64,000 bases of DNA, from the NCBI GenBank assembly GCA_963667845.2, contig CAXXVL010000001.1:448001-512000 (forward strand), in the 5' to 3' direction. The notes beneath the pieces are model-generated. The model was given only the letters and a program-made list of their open reading frames with translations, was not told the DNA's origin and made no database searches. Positions 42,331 to 51,609 of this stretch are shown here, in pieces (position 1 is the stretch's first letter; every line of letters begins with the position of its first letter). The translations under genes and the position numbers were made by a program. Source of the DNA: Smithellaceae bacterium (lineage in GTDB: Bacteria; Desulfobacterota; Syntrophia; Syntrophales; Smithellaceae).

Positions 42331-44265
42331 TTATTTTTCGCTCAGGACGTTCAATGCCCCGCCGGCCAGGATGATTTGCTTTTGTCTTGACGACAGGGTG
42401 CAGCGGACCGCAAAGGAGGTTTCTTTGGTCCGGTTCTTTACGATCAGGTCTTTTCCTTCCAACACGGCGTCCCGGGCCCCGGCGATTTCCAGCTCATCAG
42501 CCTGGTCAATGGCGTCATAGTCCTGCTCGTGAATAAACGTCAGCGGCAGGATGCCGAAGTTGATGAGATTGGCCGCGTGGATTCTCTCCAGCGATTTGGC
42601 GATGACGGCGCGCACGCCCAGGTACATGGGGCAGATGGCGGCATGTTCGCGCGACGATCCCTGGCCGTAAGACAGGCCGGCGACAATGATATTGTGCCTC
42701 CCGGCATTTTTGAGCGCAAGCGCCCGCTTCGCAAAGGAAGGGTCCACATTTTCAAAAACGAATTCTGAATATTTGGGAATGTTCGAACGGTACTTCATCC
42801 GCGCCCCGGCGGGGATAATATGATCGGTGGTGATTTTATCACCGACCTTAATGGTAACCGTGCCGGAAATTGTATCCGGGAGCGCCGTGTTCGCAGGCGG
42901 AGCGCCGATATTCGGCCCGCGGTAAATTTCAATATTCCGGCGGGTTTTGTCGGGACGGAGGATCATGCTGTCGTCAATGCTCAAGTGCTCGGGCATCTGA
43001 ACCCGGGGATATTCCATGCCGAGGTCCCGCGGATCCGTAAACCGGCCGGTGATGGCCGCGGCCGCGGCCGTTTCGGGGCTGACGAGGTAAACGTCGGCGT
43101 CCAGTGTTCCCGAGCGCCCCAGAAAATTCCGATTGGATGTCCGAAGCGATACCGCATGCGATTGCGGGCTCTGACTGTTGCCGATGCAGAAACCGCAGGC
43201 GTTTTCCATCAGCCGCGCGCCGGCGGCCAGGAGGTCCGCCAGATAACCCTCGCGGGCCAGCGTCTCCAGAACCTGTCTTGAGCCCGGCGCCAAGATGAAA
43301 CTGACACCGGGATGCGCCACGCGTCCTTTGAGGATTTTGGCGACCGTCACTAAATCCTTGTAGGAGGAATTGGTGCAGCTCCCCAGGCAGACCTGATCCA
43401 CCGCGATGCCGCCCACCGAGCGGACGGTGCCGATGTTGTCGGGGCTGTGCGGTTTGGCGGTGAGTGGTTCTAATTGCGATAGATCGATATTTATGGTTTT
43501 TTTGTAAACCGCGTCGGCATCCGCCGTCAGCTCCACATAATCTTCTTCTCTTTGCTGGGACCGGAGAAACTGCCCCGTGAGCTCATCGCTGGGGAAGAGA
43601 GAGGTGGTCACGCCGCATTCCGCGCCCATATTGGTGATGGTGGCCCGCTCCGGGACACTGAGCGAGGCAATTCCTTCACCGCCGTATTCAAAGACGGTTC
43701 CCACGTTGCCCTTTGTTGTGAAAATCTCGAGAACCTTGAGGATGACATCCTTGGCGGAAACCCAGGGCTTGAGACGTCCCTGAAGGTTGATTTTAACGAC
43801 GGACGGGCAGGTAAGATAAAACGGCTCTCCCGCCATGGCCTGCGCGACGTCGAGACCGCCGGCGCCGATCGCCAGCATGCCGAGCGCGCCCGAGGTCGGC
43901 GTGTGGCTGTCCGAGCCGATCAGTGTTTTGCCGGGTTTCCCGAACCTCTCCAGATGCACCTGGTGGCAGATGCCGTTTCCCGCGCGTGACAACACGACGC
44001 CGTATTTCTGCGCGACGCTCTGCAGATAGCGGTGATCATCTGCATTTTCGAAACCGATTTGAATCGTATTGTGATCAATATAACTGACGGACAGCTCCGT
44101 TTTTACTTCCGGGGTATTCATGGCTTCGAATTGGAGATAAGCCATGGTTCCCGTGGCGTCCTGCGTAAGGGTTTGATCGATGCGGATGCCGATTTCCTCG
44201 CCCGGCACGAGGTTTCCTGAAACCAGATGCGCGGCGAGAATCTTTTCAACAATGTTCTTTCCCAT
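42331..44265 (-). CDS. Aconitate hydratase
   Basis: DQTLTQDATGT, GNGICHQ, GSDSHT, GSCTN, ACGFCIG, NRNF, TTDHI, GQGSSREHA; adjacent to icd. Confidence 0.95.
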   Translation of the reverse strand: MGKNIVEKILAAHLVSGNLVPGEEIGIRIDQTLTQDATGTMAYLQFEAMNTPEVKTELSVSYIDHNTIQIGFENADDHRYLQSVAQKYGVVLSRAGNGICHQVHLERFGKPGKTLIGSDSHTPTSGALGMLAIGAGGLDVAQAMAGEPFYLTCPSVVKINLQGRLKPWVSAKDVILKVLEIFTTKGNVGTVFEYGGEGIASLSVPERATITNMGAECGVTTSLFPSDELTGQFLRSQQREEDYVELTADADAVYKKTINIDLSQLEPLTAKPHSPDNIGTVRSVGGIAVDQVCLGSCTNSSYKDLVTVAKILKGRVAHPGVSFILAPGSRQVLETLAREGYLADLLAAGARLMENACGFCIGNSQSPQSHAVSLRTSNRNFLGRSGTLDADVYLVSPETAAAAAITGRFTDPRDLGMEYPRVQMPEHLSIDDSMILRPDKTRRNIEIYRGPNIGAPPANTALPDTISGTVTIKVGDKITTDHIIPAGARMKYRSNIPKYSEFVFENVDPSFAKRALALKNAGRHNIIVAGLSYGQGSSREHAAICPMYLGVRAVIAKSLERIHAANLINFGILPLTFIHEQDYDAIDQADELEIAGARDAVLEGKDLIVKNRTKETSFAVRCTLSSRQKQIILAGGALNVLSEK

Positions 44266-44299
44266 CTAATCCTTTTTCCTGTTATTCGTTGATAATCTT

Positions 44300-44608
44300 T
44301 AGCAGGCTGTTGAAAAAGGCTCGTAACCTGAAGGTCACGCGTACCATGAAGGGCACGCGTCTGCGGTTTATGACCTTTAGGTTACGTTACGCTTCGGCTC
44401 TCGCTCTCACTTCCCTCTAAAGTACGCTGCGCTGCTCGATCCTCCCCTCGGCTACGCTCGGGACAAGCGCGATGCCTTGCAGCTAAACCTTTTGTTTCGC
44501 CTTCGGCCAGAACCGGCAGGGAAGCGGCTTTAGGCATGATTTCGCCTCCCTCCGGGAACGCGCCCCCGGCGAACAGCCTGCAAAGCAGCGTTTTTCAACA
44601 CCCTTTTA
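44300..44608. mobile_element. MITE-like non-coding element with terminal inverted repeats and nested inserts
   Basis: Left TAGCAGGCTGTTGAAAAA and right TTTTTCAACACCCTTTTA match at 15/18 as inverted repeats; an internal second end GAACAGCCTG lies at 44571; no ORF. Confidence 0.6.
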
Positions 44609-44618
44609 GAGCCTGCCG

Positions 44619-45362
44619 CTAATCTTTCGGCAGCAGGATAATCGCTATCCGGCGGTTCTTGGCGCGTCCCTCCGGGGTGGAGTTATCCGCGACCGGCTGA
44701 TATTCTCCGAAAGCCGTTGCCGACAGAATCGTCGGATCGATGCCCTGATCCTGCAGGTACTTCGACACATTAATGGCGCGGGCCGCTGAAAGTTCCCAGT
44801 TCGTGGGATAGATTCTGGCCAGCCGGCTGGTAATTTTAACGTTGTCCGTGTGGCCTTCCACACGGATATTTTTATCCTTTACCGTCTTCAAAATTTCCAC
44901 CACGCGGCCCAGGACCGCAAGGCCTTCTTTCTTGACCTTGGCCTCGCCGGAGGCGAAGAGAATTTTATCGACCACGTCCATGGTCAATTTACCTTTGAGT
45001 TCCTTGATGGTAATTTGTCCCTCGGCGATTTCGCCCTTCATTTCTTTCAGAAGCTGCTGATAGGTGTTGCTGGCTTTTTCCACCTCTTGCGTTTTCCTGC
45101 TGACGCGGGCCAGGTCGTCTTTCAATTTGCCGTTGTCTTCGGAGAGCGTTGTCACCTGTTTGGTGAGCTCGTCATTTTGTGTGTTGAGCGCTTTCACCTG
45201 GTCCGTCAACCCTTTGTTTTCCGTGTCCAGGGAGGCCACTTGCCGGGTCAGTTGATCGGCCTCATCGGCTTTTTTCATGTATTTGCTTTCCGCGACCAGG
45301 CAGCCGCTCGCTAATAAAGCCATCAGTAAAATGCTTAAAAAGATAGATGCTGTTCTTCTCAT
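44619..45362 (-). CDS. OmpA/MotB-family lipoprotein
   Basis: Lipobox ASGC, coiled coil, ILFASG, VEGHTD, NWELSAARA, GRAKNRRI. Confidence 0.92.
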   Translation of the reverse strand: MRRTASIFLSILLMALLASGCLVAESKYMKKADEADQLTRQVASLDTENKGLTDQVKALNTQNDELTKQVTTLSEDNGKLKDDLARVSRKTQEVEKASNTYQQLLKEMKGEIAEGQITIKELKGKLTMDVVDKILFASGEAKVKKEGLAVLGRVVEILKTVKDKNIRVEGHTDNVKITSRLARIYPTNWELSAARAINVSKYLQDQGIDPTILSATAFGEYQPVADNSTPEGRAKNRRIAIILLPKD

Positions 45363-45475
45363 AAGTTCCTCCTTATTCAAATCGTCGCGTTAATCTTTTT
45401 ATGTGTTAACGAACAGACCGGCAAGGTTGATTTTATATAATAAACGGGCGGGATAATCAACGGTAAAAAGGATGC

Positions 45476-45503
45476 AAAAAAAGGGGCGTTGAGGCCCCTT
45501 TTT
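45476..45503 (-). terminator. Intrinsic (bidirectional) terminator
   Basis: AAAAAAAGGGGC-GTTGAG-GCCCCTTTTT downstream of the LysM/NlpC gene. Confidence 0.75.
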
Positions 45504-45535
45504 GAAGACAGGATTGGAAAAGATGGGGCCAGAAA

Positions 45536-46471
45536 CTACGTGCCGTCGTTGTTTCCTTCCAGGCCTTTGACGCGAACGGCCCGCTGAAATCTTTTTTGAA
45601 AATAAGGCTGGTCCAGGTTGTCGATCCGAACTGATTTTCCCCGGTAGGATGCGTGAACGAATTCGTTATTTCCGATATAAATACCGACGTGACCGATCGG
45701 CTTTCGGGTCTTGAAAAAAACGAGATCGCCTTCTTCCAGGTGACCCCGGTCTATACGGACACCGACTGCCGATTGTTCACGGGCGGTGCGCGGCAGAGAG
45801 ATGTCGAAGAAGGAGTACATTTTCCGGACGAAGGCCGAACAATCGATGCCTTTAACGGTTGCGCCGCCTAAGCGATAGGGCGCACCCAGGAAACCGGTCG
45901 CGACTTTAATAAACAATTTTCTTTCGTCCGCACTGCCCCATTTGCCCAGAAGCTCATCGTTCGATTTTTCGTCGAAGGCGACATCGCCTGCCGTGTCGGA
46001 CGATGCGATATCCTCTTCATCGTCCAGTGATTCCTCTTCATCGGCGGACGCCTGAACGACGCTCGGCGGCACCGACAGGATGAGGCTGCGGCCCACGCGC
46101 AGGTTTTTTGAATGAATATCATTGAGTGCGGCGATTTGCTTTGCGGGAACACCCGTCTTTTTCGAAATCCTGGCAAGCGTATCGCCCTTTTTAACCGTAT
46201 AATGATCAACCGATTGCGTTTTTGATTTTACACGGGCGCGAGCGGGTGAACCCGTTTGATTGATGGACAGGATCTGCCCCGGTTTTAATTTATTGCCTGC
46301 AAGATGATTTGCTTTCTTGATTTCGTCAACAGGGATACCGAGTTGTTTGGAAATGGTGTACAGGCTGTCGCCTTTTTTCACCTTGTATGATCCGGCATAA
46401 CCGTTGATCGTAAGGCAAAACAGCAAAAGAAAAACTGACAAGCCTAAAAATACTATTCGCCGTTTCATCAT
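45536..46471 (-). CDS. LysM-domain NlpC/P60 peptidoglycan endopeptidase
   Basis: Signal peptide, two YxVKKGD LysM repeats, LGAPYRLGG, IDCSAF, GHVGIY, FVHAS; AAGGAGG RBS. Confidence 0.95.
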   Translation of the reverse strand: MMKRRIVFLGLSVFLLLFCLTINGYAGSYKVKKGDSLYTISKQLGIPVDEIKKANHLAGNKLKPGQILSINQTGSPARARVKSKTQSVDHYTVKKGDTLARISKKTGVPAKQIAALNDIHSKNLRVGRSLILSVPPSVVQASADEEESLDDEEDIASSDTAGDVAFDEKSNDELLGKWGSADERKLFIKVATGFLGAPYRLGGATVKGIDCSAFVRKMYSFFDISLPRTAREQSAVGVRIDRGHLEEGDLVFFKTRKPIGHVGIYIGNNEFVHASYRGKSVRIDNLDQPYFQKRFQRAVRVKGLEGNNDGT

Positions 46472-46722
46472 GAAGTACCTCCTTCTTTTCGCGGGGGGTC
46501 CCATTTTGTTAACGGTGCACAGAAGATTCGCAATTGCTGCGAATGCAGAGATATCAGGGGTGTTATTACTGCACACAGAAAACGAAGGTCAATCTCAAGC
46601 AACGTTCCACAACTTCGTACGGCTACCCATACTAAAAATAGGAAGGCCTGTCAAATTTATTTTGCATTATTTTGCAAGGAGGGATAGGAAACGTCATTCG
46701 AAAAAAGGAACAATTTATAGAA

Positions 46723-47592
46723 ATGAAACGCATAAAAAAAATAATATTATTGAGTCTCTTGATCCTGATTGCATACCTCGCCCTGGATATCGGCCGTTAC
46801 TTCTTTTATCCGAATGTTGCGGATCTCGAGAAAGATCGACCCGGCAAAACCGCTTTTATGGAGTATCGGGAGGACATCTGGCAGGCCAAAGGCATCAAGA
46901 AGAAGATTTCAACGTCCTGGGTGCCGATGTCCCAGATATCGCCCTACGTCGTGAAAGCCGTGATTATCGCCGAGGATGACAAATTCTGGTCGCATGAGGG
47001 CTTTGATTTCGAGGCCATACAGAAAGCCCTGGAAAAAGACATCAAGAAAAAAACATTTAAGGCGGGAGGCAGTACGATATCACAGCAGCTCGCCAAAAAC
47101 CTATACCTGTCGCCGGCCAAGAATCCGATTCGCAAAGTCAAGGAAGCCATCCTGACCTGGCGCATTGAGCGGCAGTTGAGCAAGAGAAGAATCATGGAGC
47201 TTTACTTGAATGTTGCCGAATGGGGAGATGGCATGTTCGGCGTGGGAAATGCCGCCCGCAGATATTACGGAAAATCCGCCGGCAGCCTCGGCGCTCGCGA
47301 AGCTGCGGAGCTTGCGGCCGCGCTGCCCAATCCGCGGCGATTTAATCCCGACAATAATTCCCGCTATGCAGCCAGCCGTGCGGAACGGATCTATCAAATC
47401 ATGGTGCGACGCGGCATCGTCATTGAAGAATATAATGAAGTCATTGACCAGCAAAATGATGCCGGCGAAGAAAAAAAGGATGAGACAAACAAACCCGTTG
47501 AAAATCCCGCGGGTGATTTACCCGCGGGCAATACGATGTTTCAGGGTTTGCCCAAAGAAGAACCGCCCGGACCCTCTTCACCTCAGCCGTAA
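46723..47592 (+). CDS. mtgA: Monofunctional biosynthetic peptidoglycan transglycosylase
   Basis: AEDDKFWSHEGFD, GGSTISQQLAKNL, RKVKE, KRRIMELYLN.AEWG.G. Confidence 0.95.
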   Translation: MKRIKKIILLSLLILIAYLALDIGRYFFYPNVADLEKDRPGKTAFMEYREDIWQAKGIKKKISTSWVPMSQISPYVVKAVIIAEDDKFWSHEGFDFEAIQKALEKDIKKKTFKAGGSTISQQLAKNLYLSPAKNPIRKVKEAILTWRIERQLSKRRIMELYLNVAEWGDGMFGVGNAARRYYGKSAGSLGAREAAELAAALPNPRRFNPDNNSRYAASRAERIYQIMVRRGIVIEEYNEVIDQQNDAGEEKKDETNKPVENPAGDLPAGNTMFQGLPKEEPPGPSSPQP

Positions 47593-47693
47593 GAGGAAAT
47601 TCCCTGTTATCCCGGCATGCTGGAAATAATTTTGGCGCAGGGGAGGGAAGAGCCCGGCAGGTTCCCTCAAAATTTCCCGAAAATACGGCTATT

Positions 47694-47788
47694 TTGAATC
47701 CCGCTCACGCGGGACGAGCGTTAATTCTCCATAACTTCCTGCGAAATAGTGACGTTCACTTCATACCTCGAGAGCTTGCTGCGCGGTG
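47694..47788 (+). repeat. ~95-bp structured intergenic repeat, copy D
   Basis: TTGAATCCCGCTCACGCGGGACGAGCGTTAATTCTCCATAACTTCCTGCGAAATAGTGACGTTCACTTCATACCTCGAGAGCTTGCTGCGCGGTG. Confidence 0.88.
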
Positions 47789-47844
47789 GTTGAATCGCCG
47801 TTGAGCTAGTTCATTCTGCCAAGGCGCCGTCGGCTTCTCCTTAT

Positions 47845-48546
47845 CTATTCGCCTTCCGCCAATTGTTCCAGTGCTTTGGGATTCAGAATTGTAATTGTCC
47901 GACCCGCTGTGGAGAGGATGCCGTCATTGGCCATCTTTCTTAAGCTGCGGGAAAGGGCTTCCGGGGTGGCTCCCAGAATCTTGGCCAGTTCCCTCTGTGA
48001 AAGCGTCAGTTCCACTGTGGTTTTTGCCGCAGCGGTATTTCGGAGGGACTCATGTCGCAGGAACGATGCCAGCCGTCCGGGGATTTCTTTTAAGGCGAGG
48101 GATTCGATGAGGGTCATGGAATCCTTGAGCCGTTGGGATAATATCTGAATGATGTTGAGCAGGAGCGCCGGTTCTTGTCTGGCGACTTCTTCCATCAAGG
48201 TGCCCGGGATTAAAAGAACGGAACTTTCAACAATTGCCATGGCGCTTGCCGGAAAGGAATCCGTTGCAAATGCCGTACACAGGCCGAAAGGATCCCCAGG
48301 TCCGAGCAGTTGCAAGGTCTGTTCTTTGCCTTCCGCCGAACTTCGATAGAGTTTCAATTGCCCGGAGACAACCACATAAAATGACCGGATCGGATCAGCC
48401 TCGCCGATAACCAACTCACCGGGCTTAAACTTCTTATAGGTTGCCTGTGCCGCCAGCATGTTCAATTTTTCTGAAGAAACTCCCGCAAACAGGCTGATAT
48501 CTTGTATTTGCTTAGTGATATCCGTGTGCAAAAAATATTCTCCCAT
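47845..48546 (-). CDS. Crp/Fnr family regulator (DNR/HcpR-like, no FNR Cys cluster)
   Basis: cNMP-type domain (EGKEQTL..LGPGDPFG), RLASFL, HTH SQRELAKILGATPEALSR with the ExxSR motif. Confidence 0.95.
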   Translation of the reverse strand: MGEYFLHTDITKQIQDISLFAGVSSEKLNMLAAQATYKKFKPGELVIGEADPIRSFYVVVSGQLKLYRSSAEGKEQTLQLLGPGDPFGLCTAFATDSFPASAMAIVESSVLLIPGTLMEEVARQEPALLLNIIQILSQRLKDSMTLIESLALKEIPGRLASFLRHESLRNTAAAKTTVELTLSQRELAKILGATPEALSRSLRKMANDGILSTAGRTITILNPKALEQLAEGE

Positions 48547-48547
48547 G

Positions 48548-48561
48548 TTGATTTAGATCAA
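48548..48561. promoter_or_regulatory. FNR/DNR-type box TTGAT-N4-ATCAA
   Basis: TTGATTTAGATCAA, perfect consensus, between the divergent crp/fnr and trxA genes. Confidence 0.85.
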
Positions 48562-48667
48562 TGAAACTTTAATAATCCGAGTGTATTCATTAAACCGAAA
48601 GCCGGTAGTTTTTTACCGCAGACATTAAAGAGAAACAATACAAATTATCAATAAGGAGATCAAAAAA

Positions 48668-49003
48668 ATGAGTAAAGAAGAATTTGTGAAACACGCGGAT
48701 GATAATAATTTCGGTACGATGGTACTAAAAGAAGAAAAACCGACCCTGGTGGATTTCTGGGCGCCCTGGTGCGGACCCTGCAGGGCAATCGGCCCCGTTC
48801 TGGAGGAACTCGCGGCCCAGTATGGTGAGAAGGTCAACATCGTCAAAGTGAATGTGGATGAAAATCCGGCAACGGCCGCCCAATATGGCGTGCGGAGCAT
48901 TCCCACACTGCTGCTCGTTAAAGGCGGCAAGGTGCAGGAGACCCAAATCGGCTCGTTATCCAAGATTCAGCTGGCGGCGCTGCTGGACAGGAATTTGAAC
49001 TGA
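48668..49003 (+). CDS. trxA: Thioredoxin
   Basis: LVDFWAPWCGPC, KVNVDEN, GVRSIPT; AAGGAG RBS. Confidence 0.98.
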   Translation: MSKEEFVKHADDNNFGTMVLKEEKPTLVDFWAPWCGPCRAIGPVLEELAAQYGEKVNIVKVNVDENPATAAQYGVRSIPTLLLVKGGKVQETQIGSLSKIQLAALLDRNLN

Positions 49004-49060
49004 TCGGCAAACAGGGAGGCGACTATCCCCCTCCCTGCATTTAAAAGAAGGAAATTAAAA

Positions 49061-49240
49061 ATGAACGATGTATTGATTTTGCTTTTGATCCTTGGCGTAT
49101 GGGTTATTGCGCAAACCTGGTTATTGCCGCGCCTGGGGATCTCTACCTGAGTGAGGCAGGCTTGTCCGGTCAAGGACAAGGAGAAACCGCAGGCACAAGG
49201 CAATCAGAAAAGCGATTCGGAAATCCTGATAAAGAAATAA
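49061..49240 (+). CDS. Putative 59-aa membrane-anchored selenoprotein (Sec30, UxxxxC), absent from the ORF track
   Basis: MNDVLILLLILGVWVIAQTWLLPRLGIST-U-VRQACPVKDKEKPQAQGNQKSDSEILIKK*; AAGGA RBS; UGA 49148-49150 is followed by a SECIS-like hairpin. Confidence 0.72.
49161..49180 (+). promoter_or_regulatory. Bacterial SECIS-like hairpin for UGA 49148-49150
   Basis: CTTGTCC-GGTCAA-GGACAAG: perfect 7-bp stem after a 10-nt spacer, loop beginning GG. Confidence 0.7.
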
Positions 49241-49255
49241 CAACAGTTTATGAAA

Positions 49256-49300
49256 ACGCCGGGTTCATTTTACGTTTAAAAACGGGAATGAACCCGGCGT
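49256..49300 (+). terminator. Strong hairpin closing the trxA-selenoprotein unit
   Basis: ACGCCGGGTTCATT...AATGAACCCGGCGT, a perfect 14-bp inverted repeat 15 nt after TAA 49240. Confidence 0.65.
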
Positions 49301-49583
49301 AATTGTTATTCCCTGAAATATTTTTTGTACAAACACCAGAACCTGCTTTCCAAAATATGTCATGGAAGAGGGAACCTTTGATATCCTTTGCCGGAAAAGC
49401 TGTATGAATAAATGTACCTGTCCTTTTTTTTTCTAAGAGGTGGCAGTTGCAGCGGGGCATGCCTTCGTCCTGATTTTTTTCACAACAGATTTTTCTCCGA
49501 ACGTTTTGAGGGCCTGCTGATTGTAACCCATAACAAGTTGCTCGAAGTACCCGGCGCTTCATCATCAAGTCCTGTCCGATGGA

Positions 49584-51338
49584 TCAATAAACCGCCATAT
49601 ATATTTTGACCTGCTTATAGTTAGCATCGAATACCATTTTTTTCATCATTTCGGCTGCCCATGGCTCCCATTTTGTGCCCAAGGTTTTGTTGTTGGGATC
49701 TCCGGTACGGGCAAATGCCGCAATGCTTTTCTGCATCGCATTGGAAAGAAGCTTCCGGCCGGGTTCATTGGCTTTGCTCCAGCCGAAGCAATTAAGGTTT
49801 TTATTAAAATTACCAAAGACAAACGGTAAATCTCCCGTGTGCCATGCACCATAGACGACGTCCCACGGTGACGGCTGTTGGGCCCATCTGAAGTCGTATG
49901 CATAAATCGGAACCTGCGGATAAAAAGCTTTAATCGTGTTATTGATGAGTCCCAAAAAAACAGCGGTAGAGATGATTGGCCCCGGTGTAATCTTGTTGGC
50001 GTTGTTATATACCCAAGTGTTGTAGTTGCCCTCCGTCAGCGGATTGATGACGGTATCATCTATAATATCACTCATCTTGAATGTGCCGGGTTTATCGGGA
50101 TCGGCATTCACCATCCAGCCGAACCGGGTAAAGTCGTCGGTCTTGCAGGCTGGGGTTATAAATAGTTTGCCTTCTTCTGCTGTCGCTCCCGCCAGCAAGG
50201 GCACCTTGTTGAATTTTCCTTCTTTGATTGCCGCCATCATATCGGCGGGCAGTACGGTGCCATCCTCGATGTCCGCAACGGCATTCCACAATATTGCGGT
50301 TGATGATCCCGGTTCAAAAGCGCGCGAGCCGGTCCCCCACTTTCCGCCTTTCAGATCAACCTGAATGTTCATCAGATCGGCGGCACTCTTGGACATCAGG
50401 TAATTCTTTATCCAATCGTTGCTTTGAGCCGTTCGGTAATCGTCGGCAGAAGCCTTATCGCTGGCAAGGCCATCCTTGATCAGAAGAGCGTTGATGACAG
50501 CGTTGGCTTTTGCCACCGCTGCCGCGGGTTTGGCCCCGCCGGCGCCGCCGCTCAAGGGGATAGCTTTATGAAAAAGACCGGCAGCGAGCGGTGAAGTTAT
50601 TAGCGCATAAACATTCCAGCCACCGGCAGATTGTCCCATAATCGTAATATTGCCTGGATCGCCGCCAAAATTAGCGATGTTGTTCTTTATAAATTTCAGG
50701 GACTGAATCAAATCCAGCAGAGCATAATTGCCGGAGTCAGCCAGCGCATCGCCTGTCTTTAATGCCGGGTGGGAAAACCAGCCCAGGTGGCCCAGCCGAT
50801 AGGCAACGCTAACAACAATAAGATTGCCGTTTACGGCCAGATTATTGCCGATATATTCCGGATCATAAGATACGCCTACAACATTGGATCCGCCATGAAT
50901 CCAGACAACGACAGGCAATTTCTGCTCGGCAGTTGCCGGACGCCAGATATTCAGATAAAGACAATCTTCGGAGCCGACCGGTTTAAAGAAAGTTTGCGAC
51001 AATGTATTGAAAAGTTTTCCTTTCTCCGTCGGGCCAAACATTCCGCCTACCTGCGTGCACGCATCGCAATAATCCTTGGTGGGTTTGACACCGGTCCACG
51101 CTTCCGGAGCTTGCGGCGGCTGCCAACGGAGAGTGCCTAGCGGAGGTTTGGCGAAAGGGACACCGAGCCAGGCCAGTGATTTCCCGTCTTTGTCCACCAG
51201 ACCTTCGATCTGCCCGTATTCTGTCGCCCGAACTACAGATTTTGCAGAATTTGTCGCTGCAAAACCGACAGCCGTCGACAGAGACATCAGGATGGCGGCG
51301 CTAAACATGACGATAAATCTCGTAAATCTATTTTTCAT
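49584..51338 (-). CDS. Secreted carboxylesterase type B
   Basis: Signal peptide, GVPFAKPP.G.LRW, SEDCLYLNIW, WIHGG, GDPGNIT.MGQSAG, AWH..DL; GGAGG RBS. Confidence 0.95.
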   Translation of the reverse strand: MKNRFTRFIVMFSAAILMSLSTAVGFAATNSAKSVVRATEYGQIEGLVDKDGKSLAWLGVPFAKPPLGTLRWQPPQAPEAWTGVKPTKDYCDACTQVGGMFGPTEKGKLFNTLSQTFFKPVGSEDCLYLNIWRPATAEQKLPVVVWIHGGSNVVGVSYDPEYIGNNLAVNGNLIVVSVAYRLGHLGWFSHPALKTGDALADSGNYALLDLIQSLKFIKNNIANFGGDPGNITIMGQSAGGWNVYALITSPLAAGLFHKAIPLSGGAGGAKPAAAVAKANAVINALLIKDGLASDKASADDYRTAQSNDWIKNYLMSKSAADLMNIQVDLKGGKWGTGSRAFEPGSSTAILWNAVADIEDGTVLPADMMAAIKEGKFNKVPLLAGATAEEGKLFITPACKTDDFTRFGWMVNADPDKPGTFKMSDIIDDTVINPLTEGNYNTWVYNNANKITPGPIISTAVFLGLINNTIKAFYPQVPIYAYDFRWAQQPSPWDVVYGAWHTGDLPFVFGNFNKNLNCFGWSKANEPGRKLLSNAMQKSIAAFARTGDPNNKTLGTKWEPWAAEMMKKMVFDANYKQVKIYMAVY

Positions 51339-51609
51339 TACATCCTCCTTCTTCAAAAATGATTATGTGTATGTTTTCCGGTAATAACAACCTGTACGCT
51401 GTCCTCCCTTCTTACTTTATCGGTCTCCCAGCAACCCCAACCTAGATCGCTTTCATTGGTGACAACAGCGGAGGGCGTCTGGCGGCGGTCCGAATGAATA
51501 CCCCCTGACCTTCTGCTTGACAGGCCCTGACAATTTCTATAATCATTCTTCAAAAAATTCTACCTATTCATCGCGAGGCATCGCGTTTGCAGACCAAAAG
51601 GAATGAACC

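Noticed and set aside
51576..51591. AGGCAT-N5-TTGCA sigma54-like site before the acyl-CoA synthetase
   Set aside because: The predicted start would fall about 8 nt before the ATG, inside the RBS.
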